Assembly (NCBI GenBank): GCA_946221385.1
Contig: CAMIGX010000002.1
Span: 10,824-74,823 of the forward strand
Direction: 5' to 3'
Source of the DNA: an uncultured Propionimicrobium sp.
GTDB taxonomy: Bacteria > Actinomycetota > Actinomycetes > Propionibacteriales > Propionibacteriaceae
Length of the DNA stretch: 64,000 nt
The notes under the pieces are model-generated. The model did no database searches, was not told the DNA's origin, and saw only the letters and a list, made by a program, of their open reading frames with translations. Shown one piece after another: positions 36,540 through 46,698 of the stretch. The translations under genes and the position numbers were made by a program. Numbering within the stretch: position 1 is the stretch's first letter; each line of letters starts with the position of its first letter.

Positions 36540-38759
36540 TCAGCGCAAAGCTTCGAACTGTTTGACCAGCCGGCCCGCAAATGCGCTGTCTGCCCGGACG
36601 AATGCAGCCGGCTGCCCAAGCGGGGCGTCCACCTTCATTCGCTGATCACCAGCGACTTTCTCGCCGGTGAACAAGTGCACCCACTCCCCCGGCGGCAAGG
36701 TCACGTCGACCTTCGTCACACCAGCTTTGAGCACCGGCGCCACGAAGACATCTGAGCCGAAGAAGAATTGAGTATCCAGCTTCGCAGCTTTTGATTCCGG
36801 CACTTCCAACCACGCATGCCGGATCGCCGGGACGCCGGTGGTCAATGCCTCGTGAATCACCGCTTCCCGATAGCTGCTCAGCGCGGCAAAGATCTTGCTA
36901 TTGCGCGCGAACTCAGCTGCTTCGTCATCGTCATAGACCTGACGATTTTCCGCCGGCCGATTGCCCTCATGGCTCCGCATGACGACGCCGAACGCAGCCA
37001 GCTCACCCCAGCGCGTCAAAAGCTCTGGGGAGCGCACATAGTTCTTCACCACCGCATTGATGGACGTGTAGCCGCCGACGTCTGCGTGCGTCAACGGCCA
37101 GCCGGAGACTCCCGCGGAGAAGGTGCCGCTCAGCACGGACGCCAACCCGTCGTTAGCGCTGAAGTTGACCATCTGGTCACCATTCCAAAACAGCGTGGCG
37201 TGCTGCGAAGAGCTGGCCGAACCAGCCCTAAACCACGTCAGGCAATCTGGTTTGCCAGCGAATTCACAAGCCATTTCGACGGTTTCAGCCCACCAGCCAG
37301 CCCAGGCGTTGTGCACCTCGGCCCCCGAGCCCCCACCGGTCACCGCATGCGGTGGCGGTCCTTCAGCGAAATCAGCCATGAAGCCGTCGACCTCACCCCG
37401 CAATACCTCGGTGGCGATCACATCGGCATACCAATGCCGAGTCGCTCGCTTGCTCAGGTCAATCATCGCCGCTGAAAACTCGCCTTGATCAGCGAGCAGG
37501 ACATTGCCGTCGGCGTCCTTGACTAGGTGATCTGCCTGGTTGGCTTCGGCGAACAAGTTACGCACCGAGCCCGCGTCCCCGCGCTCAGTGACGTCGACGA
37601 TGAAGGGGTTCACATAGGTCGTGACGTGGATGCCTTGCTGTCGTAGCTCGCCGATCAGCTGATCCCAGTCGGGATAGCGCTGCGCGTCTAGCTGCCAGGT
37701 CCACCAGAGCCGATCGCCAAATGACGTGGTGCGCCGTCCGACCCAGTCTTGAATCCACACGCCAGTCAGCTGCGTGCCAGCGGCTTTCAAGGCTGCCACT
37801 TTGCGCCGCACCTCGTCCGAACCGCCTTGGACGCCGACGATCGTGCCCCGAGTCGCCCACTGCGGTAGTGAATAGGACGATGAATAGATATGCCGCTTGG
37901 CGATCAGTTCTTTGGGATTCGAGGCTTGCGTCAGCTGAGCGGTGAATTCGTCATGCCAAATCTCTAAGGCGACCCGATTTGCCCTAGTCGCGTCAGCAAT
38001 CGTGATTGCATCGGTGCCCTCGGCTCGGGGTAACAGTTGCACCCCGCGCACGTCGCCGGTGACGAAACTTGGCCACGCCGCATAGCTGAAATGCTGGTTC
38101 GCTCCGGCGCCCTTGTTCGTCACGTCAGCCAAGAACGTGAGCGGCTGCTGGCCACGTCCGACGCCCTGCTCACGGTTGACCAGCGGGAAAATCTGCCCAG
38201 ACAGATCGAAGGGCTGGAATTGCTCACCCATGCCGTGCACGGCAGCCCCACGAGAGCGGCCAGTGACGAAATTGACCGCATCGGCACCCTTGACCTGGGC
38301 GTGCATTTCGATGCTGTCGCCTTCGGCGGCAAATTCCACGCGCATCGGCAGTTTGCCGACCGAACCTTGCAAGGTGATGCGCCCGGCTTCGGTTGTGACG
38401 GAGTCGATCTTCTGGTCCTTGGCGACCTCATCACGCTGCGGGCGCACCCACAGATAGCCGCGATGCTCGGTCAAATGCAGCCGGCCTTTGACGGCAGTCA
38501 CGAAGGCCGCCCCGCGGTCGGATTCCCAGATCGTCGCACGGTCCAAGCCGACGCGAATCTGGCCGTCTTCGAGGTAGACCATCAAACTGTCAGCTTGATG
38601 CAGCCCGTTGGCTTCGGCTGCGACTTTCAAGCGCCCCACCGGGGAAGGCGCGATTCGGTCGCGCGGCACCGTACCGAGCATGATTGCGACCGCCAACAGC
38701 AAGACGCTCAAGCCGATAGCTAAGATTCGTAAGCCCCAGCGGAGTCGAGGTTGCGGCAT
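36540..38759 (-). CDS. glycoside hydrolase family 31 (alpha-glucosidase/alpha-xylosidase-like) with N-terminal membrane anchor
   Basis: N-terminal TM helix; GH31-like catalytic region (...GVWIQDWVG..., ...DGFMADFAE...); about 739 aa. Confidence 0.6.
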   Translation of the reverse strand: MPQPRLRWGLRILAIGLSVLLLAVAIMLGTVPRDRIAPSPVGRLKVAAEANGLHQADSLMVYLEDGQIRVGLDRATIWESDRGAAFVTAVKGRLHLTEHRGYLWVRPQRDEVAKDQKIDSVTTEAGRITLQGSVGKLPMRVEFAAEGDSIEMHAQVKGADAVNFVTGRSRGAAVHGMGEQFQPFDLSGQIFPLVNREQGVGRGQQPLTFLADVTNKGAGANQHFSYAAWPSFVTGDVRGVQLLPRAEGTDAITIADATRANRVALEIWHDEFTAQLTQASNPKELIAKRHIYSSSYSLPQWATRGTIVGVQGGSDEVRRKVAALKAAGTQLTGVWIQDWVGRRTTSFGDRLWWTWQLDAQRYPDWDQLIGELRQQGIHVTTYVNPFIVDVTERGDAGSVRNLFAEANQADHLVKDADGNVLLADQGEFSAAMIDLSKRATRHWYADVIATEVLRGEVDGFMADFAEGPPPHAVTGGGSGAEVHNAWAGWWAETVEMACEFAGKPDCLTWFRAGSASSSQHATLFWNGDQMVNFSANDGLASVLSGTFSAGVSGWPLTHADVGGYTSINAVVKNYVRSPELLTRWGELAAFGVVMRSHEGNRPAENRQVYDDDEAAEFARNSKIFAALSSYREAVIHEALTTGVPAIRHAWLEVPESKAAKLDTQFFFGSDVFVAPVLKAGVTKVDVTLPPGEWVHLFTGEKVAGDQRMKVDAPLGQPAAFVRADSAFAGRLVKQFEALR

Positions 38760-38799
38760 GCGCTGAGAATATCGGACTAGCGCCGATAGCCGGAGTAGT

Positions 38800-39474
38800 T
38801 TGGCTGCCGTGGACTTTCGCTATCTGGGTGGGCTGGACCGGCCGGATCCGACGACCGTCGACTATCAGACCGCCTGGGATCTGCAACGTGCAATTCACGC
38901 GCAGGTCGCCGCGCGCGAAATCGCCGATCAGGTCTTGTTCGTCGAGCATGATCCGGTCTACACCGCTGGTCGACGCACCGAGCAGCGCGAACGACCACGC
39001 GACGGCACGCCTGTGATTGACGTCGACCGCGGCGGCAAAATCACCTGGCATGGCCCTGGTCAGCTGACCTGTTATCCGATCATTTGGTTGCCTGACGGGA
39101 TCGGGGTCGTCGACCACGTCCGTTGCGTCGAGGCGGCCGTCATCGCTGGGCTAGCTGATTATGGATTGGACGCGATCCGCGTCGAAGGACGCACCGGCGT
39201 GTGGCTGCCCGCCACGGATAGCCGTCCGGAACGCAAAATCTGCGCGATCGGCATTCGCGTGGCCAAACGCACCTCGCTGCATGGTTTCGCGCTCAATGTT
39301 GACGACGACCTGACCCGATTCGACAACATCATCCCTTGTGGTATCGAGGATGCCGGGGTGACGTCACTGGCCCGCGAACTGCCCGCTGAGGTGTCCGTCC
39401 CGAGTGTCGCGGATGTCGCCCGGAGTCTGGAGCCGCATCTTCGCGCGCTGCTGAGTTATCAGCCGCGCGGGTAA
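38800..39474 (+). CDS. lipB: lipoyl(octanoyl) transferase
   Basis: LipB-family residues (...[12 protein letters not shown]...[12 protein letters not shown]...) and adjacency to lipA. Confidence 0.8.
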   Translation: MAAVDFRYLGGLDRPDPTTVDYQTAWDLQRAIHAQVAAREIADQVLFVEHDPVYTAGRRTEQRERPRDGTPVIDVDRGGKITWHGPGQLTCYPIIWLPDGIGVVDHVRCVEAAVIAGLADYGLDAIRVEGRTGVWLPATDSRPERKICAIGIRVAKRTSLHGFALNVDDDLTRFDNIIPCGIEDAGVTSLARELPAEVSVPSVADVARSLEPHLRALLSYQPRG

Positions 39475-39484
39475 GCTGGCCTGC

Positions 39485-40450
39485 GTGAGCGTTACTTCTG
39501 AGGGCCGTCGGCTACTTCGTCTGGAAGTCAAGAATTCGCAGACCCCGATCGAAGACAAACCGGGGTGGATCAAGACCACTGCGCACGTCGGGCCGAACTA
39601 CAAAGACCTGCAGGGCTTGGTGCGCGACGAAGAGCTACACACCGTCTGCAAAGAAGCTAACTGTCCGAACATTTTCGAATGCTGGGAGGATCGCGAAGCG
39701 ACCTTCTTGATCGGCGGCGATTCGTGCACGCGGCGCTGCGATTTTTGTCAGATCGAGTCACGGCGGCCATCTGGTTTTGACCGTGAAGAGCCGGCACGCG
39801 TCGGCGATTCAGTACGCAAAATGGGCCTGCGCTATGCGACCGTCACTGGCGTTTGCCGCGATGATCTCGAAGACGAGGGCGCCTGGCTTTATGCGGAGAC
39901 GATCCGTCAGATTCACCTGCAAAACCCGACCGTGGGCGTCGAAATGCTCGCCCCCGATTTCTCTGGCCGCCGTGAGCTGGTCCAAGAGGTGCTCGATGCC
40001 CGCCCTGAGGTCTTCGCGCACAATGTGGAGACCGTCCCGCGGATTTTTAAACGCATCCGTCCCGGCTTCCGCTACGACCGTTCGCTCGCGGTATTGACGC
40101 AATCTCGCGAAGCCGGGCTGGTCACTAAGTCCAACCTGATCTTGGGCATGGGCGAGACTGATCAGGAGGTCTTGCAGGCCCTGCAGGATCTCTACGACGC
40201 CGGGGCCGAAATCATCACCATCACTCAGTATTTGCGACCAAACCAATATCTGCTGCCGGTGCAGCGCTGGGTGACGCCGGCTGAGTTCGCCGACTTCGGT
40301 CAAGCCGCCGAAGAAATCGGCTACTCCGGGGTGCTATCCGGACCGCTGGTTCGTTCGTCCTATCGCGCGGGACGCCTATATCGTCAGGCGATGGAGCGAC
40401 GCGGCACTCCCGTCGACCCAAATGACATGACGAAACTGCTAGCCAGCTAG
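39485..40450 (+). CDS. lipA: lipoyl synthase
   Basis: Two Cys clusters: [12 protein letters not shown] and radical-SAM CTRRCDFC; about 321 aa. Confidence 0.9.
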   Translation: MSVTSEGRRLLRLEVKNSQTPIEDKPGWIKTTAHVGPNYKDLQGLVRDEELHTVCKEANCPNIFECWEDREATFLIGGDSCTRRCDFCQIESRRPSGFDREEPARVGDSVRKMGLRYATVTGVCRDDLEDEGAWLYAETIRQIHLQNPTVGVEMLAPDFSGRRELVQEVLDARPEVFAHNVETVPRIFKRIRPGFRYDRSLAVLTQSREAGLVTKSNLILGMGETDQEVLQALQDLYDAGAEIITITQYLRPNQYLLPVQRWVTPAEFADFGQAAEEIGYSGVLSGPLVRSSYRAGRLYRQAMERRGTPVDPNDMTKLLAS

Positions 40451-40600
40451 AACTGTAACCATCAGAGAGCTGAAAACAATTGGCTATAGCCGCCCCTCAA
40501 TCTTCAACTGCATCACTCGCTGCGACGGCGCGCCAATCCGGCTCCAGCCGTCGATTTATCCGACATGACGAAGCTAATTTCCAGCTGATTTCAACTCATC

Positions 40601-40645
40601 GAAGAGCCCCGCACCTCTTGCGGTGCGGGGCTCTTCGATTTGCTA
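40601..40645. terminator. bidirectional rho-independent terminator between lipA and the convergent LGFP gene
   Basis: Perfect 13-bp stem AGAGCCCCGCACC / GGTGCGGGGCTCT with 6-nt loop, followed by a TTCGATTT tract. Confidence 0.6.
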
Positions 40646-40655
40646 GTTAGCTGCG

Positions 40656-41045
40656 TCATCCTCTGGTCCAGGTGAGCACTGCTCGCTGGAAGTTTTGAGC
40701 AACACCGTCGGCGACTTCGTACTCGCCACCTACCGGTACGCCGAAAACTCCGTGTCCGCCACCGTTAATGAAGCCGGTCAAGATGGCGCCGTGAATAGCG
40801 CGCGAACCGGTCTTCGGGGTGTAGTAGATACGGCCATGCTCAAAGGTCTGAATCATGACACCATCGCCTAGGGCAGTCTCATTGCCCGTGGGCTTACCCA
40901 GCGCACCACCAGCGCCACCTAGGCGCTGCCATTCCTCGTTGATGCCAGAGCCCAACCAACGAACGCCCGCACTGTCATCCGCCCAGTAGGCGACGCCGTT
41001 CTGGAACTCCTGGGTGACCGCACCCTCGTATTTCGGGGCAGGCAT
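40656..41045 (-). CDS. LGFP-repeat protein (no signal peptide of its own)
   Basis: Two to three LGFP-type repeats (ALGKPTGNETALGDGVMIQTFEHGRIYYTPKTG; GVFGVPVGGEYEVADGVAQNFQRAVLTWT). In the same reading frame as the upstream gene, separated only by TAA-GAG. Confidence 0.5.
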   Translation of the reverse strand: MPAPKYEGAVTQEFQNGVAYWADDSAGVRWLGSGINEEWQRLGGAGGALGKPTGNETALGDGVMIQTFEHGRIYYTPKTGSRAIHGAILTGFINGGGHGVFGVPVGGEYEVADGVAQNFQRAVLTWTRG

Positions 41046-41048
41046 CTC

Positions 41049-41678
41049 TTAAGAAAGCTTGCGTCCCCAAACGCCGAATTCGCTGCCCTGAGCGCGCCAG
41101 GCCTGCAGAATCGCAGTGTCCGCAGCCGGCTTGTTGGCCTCAGCCTGAGCCTTCTTAGCGTCTTCCTGAGCCTTCTTGGCCTGCTCCAGCAACTCAGCCG
41201 CGCGCTCTAGCGCGGACTCCGACTGCTGCTTGCCGCGGAGAGCGACCTCACGCATCTCCTTGGCCTGCGCCAGGCCACGCTTGGCCTTATCGAGAGTCGC
41301 TTGGGCCTGCGCTAGAACTGTCTGGGCCTGTTGCTTTTGCTGGGAATCTGTCATGCCAGCAACCTGCGCCTTGTAGACATCCAATTTGACTTGAGCTGCG
41401 TTGAGCTCAGTCTCAGCCTTCGTCAGCGCCTCTTCAGCCTTGCCCTGCCACTCATTGAGGGTCGCACGCTTGGCATCAAGCTCAGCAACGATGGCATTGG
41501 CCTCTTCGAGGATCTTCTCAGCGCGCTCGAGCGGGGTGCCCTCGTGGGTCACACCGGCCTGAACCGAATCCAGCTTGACCGGCTCAGCCGGTGCGTCCTC
41601 GGCGAAAGCCGGCATGGCCAGCGCCGGTCCGGCGATCAGACCACCAGCGAGCGCTAGAGCAACAATGCTCTTCTTCAT
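41049..41678 (-). CDS. secreted Ala/Glu/Lys/Gln-rich coiled-coil protein
   Basis: Start at [13 protein letters not shown] (signal peptide, GGAGG RBS); the mature part is predicted coiled coil. It ends in ...[15 protein letters not shown] immediately before the LGFP ORF. Confidence 0.5.
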   Translation of the reverse strand: MKKSIVALALAGGLIAGPALAMPAFAEDAPAEPVKLDSVQAGVTHEGTPLERAEKILEEANAIVAELDAKRATLNEWQGKAEEALTKAETELNAAQVKLDVYKAQVAGMTDSQQKQQAQTVLAQAQATLDKAKRGLAQAKEMREVALRGKQQSESALERAAELLEQAKKAQEDAKKAQAEANKPAADTAILQAWRAQGSEFGVWGRKLS

Positions 41679-41851
41679 TGTCTTCCTCCCCAGGAACATG
41701 TTTGGGCTCCCCCGTTTGCATGAGCCCAGATTCAGGGACGACCCCCAATCGAGGACCGCATGCAGCCAACCAGACGATGCAACGTCGCGCTCCCCTTTCG
41801 GGTGTAGAGCCGCAAAATTCTTCATCAAAGATCGCCGCTAGGCTGGGCTAC

Positions 41852-42688
41852 ATGTCGAATGTGTTGGGTATTGACATTGGCGGCTCGGGCATCAAGGGTG
41901 CACCCGTCGATTTGGAAACTGGCCAGTTCGCCGCTGAACGGCTCCGGATCGCTACGCCGCAGCCGGCTACCCCTGAGGCATGCGCGCAGGTCGTCGGACA
42001 GATCGTCAAACACTTCGACGCGCAGTTGAGCTCCGACTCGGCGATCGGCGTGGCGCTGCCGGCTCCGATCCGGCACGGCGAGATTCCATTCATGGCCAAT
42101 CTCGACCAGTCGTGGGTGGGCGTCAACGTTAATGAACTTTTTAGCCAACAGCTCGCGCACGCCACCAGCTTCGTCAATGACGCTGACGCCGCCGGCTTGG
42201 CGGAGGTGCGCTATGGCGCTGCCAAGGACGTCAAGGGTGTCGTCATCGTGACGACGCTGGGCACCGGCATCGGCACCGCGATCATCAATGACGGTGAGCT
42301 GCTGCCCAACACTGAGCTGGGCCACCTTGAAATCGACGGCTATGACGCCGAATCGCGCGCGTCTTCCGCGGTCAAAGCAGAAAAGAAATTGACTTTCAAG
42401 GCCTGGTCGAAACGGCTGCAGCGCTATTACTCGACGCTAGAAAAGCTGTTTTGGCCCGACTTGTTCATCGTCGGCGGCGGCGTGTCGAAGCAGCACGAGA
42501 AATTCTTGCCGCTGCTCGATTTGAAGACTCCGATCAAGCCCGCCGCGTTGCTCAATCAAGCCGGCATCACCGGTGCGGCCGTCGTCGCGGCAGAGGCCGC
42601 TGAACAGCGCAGCGGACATGACGATGGTCACCACGATGTGCCGACCGGGCTGATGGACGCGCCAGCGAAGAAAAAGAGCACTGAATAA
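41852..42688 (+). CDS. ppgK: polyphosphate glucokinase (ROK family)
   Basis: Start [21 protein letters not shown] (PPGK N-terminus); ROK-family body; TAGGCT -10-like hexamer 7 nt upstream (leaderless-type). Confidence 0.65.
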   Translation: MSNVLGIDIGGSGIKGAPVDLETGQFAAERLRIATPQPATPEACAQVVGQIVKHFDAQLSSDSAIGVALPAPIRHGEIPFMANLDQSWVGVNVNELFSQQLAHATSFVNDADAAGLAEVRYGAAKDVKGVVIVTTLGTGIGTAIINDGELLPNTELGHLEIDGYDAESRASSAVKAEKKLTFKAWSKRLQRYYSTLEKLFWPDLFIVGGGVSKQHEKFLPLLDLKTPIKPAALLNQAGITGAAVVAAEAAEQRSGHDDGHHDVPTGLMDAPAKKKSTE

Positions 42689-42729
42689 CCACTAAATAAC
42701 AAGGAAACCCGGGCAACTGAGTTCAGCCA

Positions 42730-44364
42730 CTACATCCGCTCGGGTGCTGGGATGCCGAGCAGATAGAGCCCGCGACCGAGCACGGCCTTCGTCGCTGCTA
42801 CCAACGTCAACCGGCTAGCCTGAACCTCACCTTCAGACTTCAGCACCGGGCAGCGCTCGTAGAAGACCGAATATTTGCCGGCCAACTCATATAGATAGCC
42901 GCACAGCTTGTGCGGGGTGAGTTCGTCAGCGACGGCTTGCACCGTCTCGCCAAAGCGCGTCAGCCAAAGCGCTAGTTCCTGCTCGGCCGGCTCAGTGATC
43001 TGCGTGACGCTGCCGTCCGCCAAACCGCGCGCCTCCGACTCCCGCAAGATCGCCGCGCAGCGGGCGTGCGCGTACTGCAAATAGGGCCCGGTGTCGCCGG
43101 TGGTCTGCGTCATGCGTTCGGCGTCAAAGACGTAATCCTTCTGCAGGCCAGAACTCAGGTCGGCGTATTTGATCGCCGCGATCGCGACCTCTGGCGAGGC
43201 CAACTCTTCGGCCTGATTCAGCAGATCATCCAGGTGCACCGCAGTGCCTTCGCGGGTCTGGAAGGGACGTCCGTCTTTGCCGAGCACCATGCCGTATCCG
43301 ACGTGTTCGGCGGTGACATTTTCAGGCAAATAGCCCGCCTTGCGAGCGACGGCGAAGACCAACGCGAAGTGATTGGCCTGGCGAGCGTCAGTGACGTAAA
43401 TGATCCGATCCGCGCCGAGAGCCTCGGCGCGATACTTCAACGCGGCGATGTCGGTGATGTCATAGCCGAAACCGCCTGCGGAATTCCGGATGATCGCCGG
43501 CGCATCGAAGCCGTCGACAAAGACCACCAGCGCGCCTTGATCCTCCACCGCGATGCCGCGTGCCTGCAGATCTTCGGCGATCCCGGCCAGCATCGCGTTA
43601 TAGAAAGACTCCCCCGCGATGTCCTCGTCAGTCAGCAACACCCCTAGTCGGGCGTAGATTTCGTTGAAGCCAGCCAGGCTGATCGCGATCAGCTTGCGCC
43701 AGGTCGCCAGGGTCGCTTCGTCGCCGGCTTGCAGCTTGACGACGCGCGCCCGCGCCCGATCCGCGAAAGCCTCGTCTTCCTTCAGCCGGGCATTGGCGCG
43801 CAGATAGAGCTGTTCAGCGCCAGCCAAGTCAAGGCTGTCAACGTCTAGAGCCTCATCACCGATCTGCTCGATCAGCATGCCGAATTGCCGACCCCAGTCA
43901 CCGATGTGATTTTGCGCGATGACCTCGTCACCGGTCGCGCTCAGCACACGATTGAAACAGTCGCCGATGATCGTGGTGCGCAAATGCCCGACGTGCATCT
44001 GCTTGGCGACATTGGGGCTCGAATAGTCGATGACGACGCGCTGCGGCTGCTCCAGCTGCGGAATGCCCAACGCCTCATCAGCGAGCAATTCATTGACAGC
44101 CCCCGCCAAGACCTCGTCACGCAGCCGGAAATTGATGAATCCTGGCCCGGCGATCTCCGGAGGCTGGCAGATGTCGTCGACCGCCAATTTTTCGACGATC
44201 TGAGCCGCCATCTCGCGCGGATTGACGCCCTGAGTTTTGCCTAGCCGCAGCGCGACATTGGATTGGAAATGACCAAACTGCGGTTTGGTCGCCGGACGCA
44301 ACTCCGGATCGATCCCAGTGACGTCATAGATCCGCTGATTCAACAAGCCCGGCAAAGATTGCAT
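42730..44364 (-). CDS. argS: arginine--tRNA ligase
   Basis: Class I aaRS HIGH-type motif (HVGHLRTTIIGD), DALR anticodon-binding C-terminus, about 544 aa. Confidence 0.9.
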   Translation of the reverse strand: MQSLPGLLNQRIYDVTGIDPELRPATKPQFGHFQSNVALRLGKTQGVNPREMAAQIVEKLAVDDICQPPEIAGPGFINFRLRDEVLAGAVNELLADEALGIPQLEQPQRVVIDYSSPNVAKQMHVGHLRTTIIGDCFNRVLSATGDEVIAQNHIGDWGRQFGMLIEQIGDEALDVDSLDLAGAEQLYLRANARLKEDEAFADRARARVVKLQAGDEATLATWRKLIAISLAGFNEIYARLGVLLTDEDIAGESFYNAMLAGIAEDLQARGIAVEDQGALVVFVDGFDAPAIIRNSAGGFGYDITDIAALKYRAEALGADRIIYVTDARQANHFALVFAVARKAGYLPENVTAEHVGYGMVLGKDGRPFQTREGTAVHLDDLLNQAEELASPEVAIAAIKYADLSSGLQKDYVFDAERMTQTTGDTGPYLQYAHARCAAILRESEARGLADGSVTQITEPAEQELALWLTRFGETVQAVADELTPHKLCGYLYELAGKYSVFYERCPVLKSEGEVQASRLTLVAATKAVLGRGLYLLGIPAPERM

Positions 44365-44513
44365 GGGTTCAATCTTTGCAGTCAGTACTTCAACGGCAAA
44401 GCTAGCTCGAATGCAGCGATGAAGGCCATCGCTAATTCATCTCCCTGTTCTGCAACGAGCACCGACATGACGGCCAAGAGCCTGCTGCGAAATGGGCCCC
44501 AATTGGGATGCGC

Positions 44514-45188
44514 TCAAAAGGTCGCCAGCCAGATTGCGACGTAATGACAAATCGCGGCCAAGATCGTGCAGCTGTGGAAGATTTCATGGAAGCCGTACCA
44601 GCGCGGCGCGGGATTTGGCCGTTTGATGGCATAGATGATGGCGCCCGCGGTGTAGATAACGCCGCCAGCAACGACCAGTCCGACGACCCACCAGCCGCCG
44701 GCGCGGATCATGTCTGGCATCCACCACAACGCGACCCAACCCATCGCGATATACAGCGCGGTGTAGAGCCAGCGCGGGGCACTCATCCAAAGCACGCGCG
44801 CCAGCACGCCGACCACTGCGCAAGCCCAAATGACGATCAGCAATCTCGTGCGCGAATCTCCGGTCAATAGCTGCACTGTCAGTGGCGTATAGGTCGCCGC
44901 GATGAAGATGAAGATATTTGAGTGGTCGAGCTTTCGGAAGATCGCACGCGTCCGGTCGTCCCACGGGCCAGTGTGATAGAGCGCGGAATTGCCGAAGAGG
45001 ATCAACAGCCCGACGGTGTAAATCGCCGCCGCGGCACGCCCCGGTACGGTCGGCGTCAGCACGACGAGGACCAACCCCGCGGCCAATGCGATCGGCGTCA
45101 TCCCAGCATGCAACCAGCCTCGCAGTTTGGGCTTAGCAAGCGCGTTTGACGTTGTAGATGCGGACTTCTCCTGAGTCTTGACGGGCAT
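44514..45188 (-). CDS. hemolysin-III/PAQR-family membrane protein
   Basis: Seven TM helices with conserved His-containing motifs (...HSCTILAAICHY...). Confidence 0.7.
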   Translation of the reverse strand: MPVKTQEKSASTTSNALAKPKLRGWLHAGMTPIALAAGLVLVVLTPTVPGRAAAAIYTVGLLILFGNSALYHTGPWDDRTRAIFRKLDHSNIFIFIAATYTPLTVQLLTGDSRTRLLIVIWACAVVGVLARVLWMSAPRWLYTALYIAMGWVALWWMPDMIRAGGWWVVGLVVAGGVIYTAGAIIYAIKRPNPAPRWYGFHEIFHSCTILAAICHYVAIWLATF

Positions 45189-45299
45189 CCGGCAGACCTT
45201 CCTAGAGATGAACCTACGGTTGCGTAAGTTACGCTTCCATCTAACCTACTGTTCCGTAGCTTTGTCAAAATCGGGGACGTAGCCAGCTAGGCTGGCGAC

Positions 45300-46652
45300 G
45301 TGCTGATCAGCGTCATTGGATGTGGATATTTAGGAGCCGTGCACGCGGCAGGCATGGCCATGTTGGGCCACAAAGTCGTCGGCATTGACGTCGATGAGGC
45401 TAAAGTCGCCAAGCTGAATGCCGGCCAAGCGCCCTTCCACGAGCCAGGCTTCGATGAGCTGCTCGCCGAGCAGATCGCATCCGGACGGTTGCGTTTCGCC
45501 ACCGATCCGGCCGCCGGCGCGCAAGCCAAGATCCACTTCATCGGTGTCGGCACCCCACAACTGCCTGGTCGCAACGCCGCCGACATGCGCTACGTCCGCG
45601 CCGCCGTCGACGACTTGCTCGCCAACGCCGAGCCCACCGACGGACCGGCGATCATCGCGGGCAAGTCCACCGTCCCGGTCGGCACAGCCGCGCAGATTGC
45701 GCAGACCGCTGACGAATCCGGCAAAGACCTCATCGTGGTGTGGAATCCCGAATTCCTGCGTGAAGGTTTTGCCGTCCAAGACACCTTGCATCCCGATCGC
45801 ATCGTCTACGGCCTGCCCGACGATCCGACCCGCGCCGAGCTCGCTACCAAGATCATGGACGACTGCTATCGCCAGCTGTTGAACGAACAGATTCCACGGT
45901 TGACTACGAATTATGCGACTGCTGAGCTGGTCAAAGTCGCAGCCAACTCGTTCTTAGCGACCAAGATCAGCTTCATTAATGCGATGGCTGAATTGTGTGA
46001 CGCGACCGGCGGCGACGTCACCGAGCTGGCCCATGCGATCGGCTTCGACCCGCGCATCGGCAACAAATTCCTGCGTGCCGGCATCGGTTTTGGGGGCGGC
46101 TGCCTACCCAAAGACATCCGCGCTTTCATGGCTCGTGCTGGCGAATTGGGCGTCGAGCAGGCGCTGACTTTCCTGCGCGAAGTCGACGCGATCAACCTGC
46201 GGCAGCGCGCCCGAACCGTCGAATTGGCTAGCCAATTGGTCGGCGGTCGTTTCATCGGACGCAAGGTCGCCGTCTTGGGTGCAGCGTTCAAACCCAATAG
46301 TGACGATTTGCGTGACTCGCCGGCCCTCGACATCGCCCAACAGATCTGGGCGCGCGGGGCTGACGTCGTCATCACCGACCCGGCTGCGGCCAACAATCTG
46401 CGTAACCAGCGGCCCAATCTATGCGTCGTAGACGACGTCGAAGATGCGCTGCGCGACGCCGATCTGGTGCTCTTGTTGACCGAATGGCAGGACTACGTCA
46501 ATCTCGATCCTGCTTGGGCAAAGACCCTGGTCCGCGAGCCACGGATCATTGACGGCCGCAATGTCCTCGACCCGCAGACCTGGATCGCCGCGGGCTGGGA
46601 ATATCGCGGCATCGGCCGGCACGCAGATCCTGCCCGGATCGAGCCCGCTTGA
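45300..46652 (+). CDS. UDP-glucose 6-dehydrogenase (UDP-glucose/GDP-mannose dehydrogenase family)
   Basis: N-terminal ISVIGCGYLGAVHAAG; catalytic Cys region GFGGGCLPKDI; about 450 aa. Confidence 0.8.
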   Translation: MLISVIGCGYLGAVHAAGMAMLGHKVVGIDVDEAKVAKLNAGQAPFHEPGFDELLAEQIASGRLRFATDPAAGAQAKIHFIGVGTPQLPGRNAADMRYVRAAVDDLLANAEPTDGPAIIAGKSTVPVGTAAQIAQTADESGKDLIVVWNPEFLREGFAVQDTLHPDRIVYGLPDDPTRAELATKIMDDCYRQLLNEQIPRLTTNYATAELVKVAANSFLATKISFINAMAELCDATGGDVTELAHAIGFDPRIGNKFLRAGIGFGGGCLPKDIRAFMARAGELGVEQALTFLREVDAINLRQRARTVELASQLVGGRFIGRKVAVLGAAFKPNSDDLRDSPALDIAQQIWARGADVVITDPAAANNLRNQRPNLCVVDDVEDALRDADLVLLLTEWQDYVNLDPAWAKTLVREPRIIDGRNVLDPQTWIAAGWEYRGIGRHADPARIEPA

Positions 46653-46698
46653 CCTGCAGAATCCATAGGCTGGAGCCAATACCCCCAGGAGGCCAACC

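Noticed and set aside
40555-40590. About 30-nt near-duplicate of the lipA 3' end (GACATGACGAA[AG]CT...CCAGCT[AG]G) 110 bp downstream of the gene
   Set aside because: Short and imperfect; could be chance or a tiny duplication scar. No functional inference possible.
46649-46671. TTGACC(-35)/TAGGCT(-10) pair upstream of cassette gene A1 as a sigma-70 promoter
   Set aside because: Spacing between the hexamers is only about 11 nt, far from the 16-18 nt optimum. The TAGGCT element alone is retained as a possible -10.
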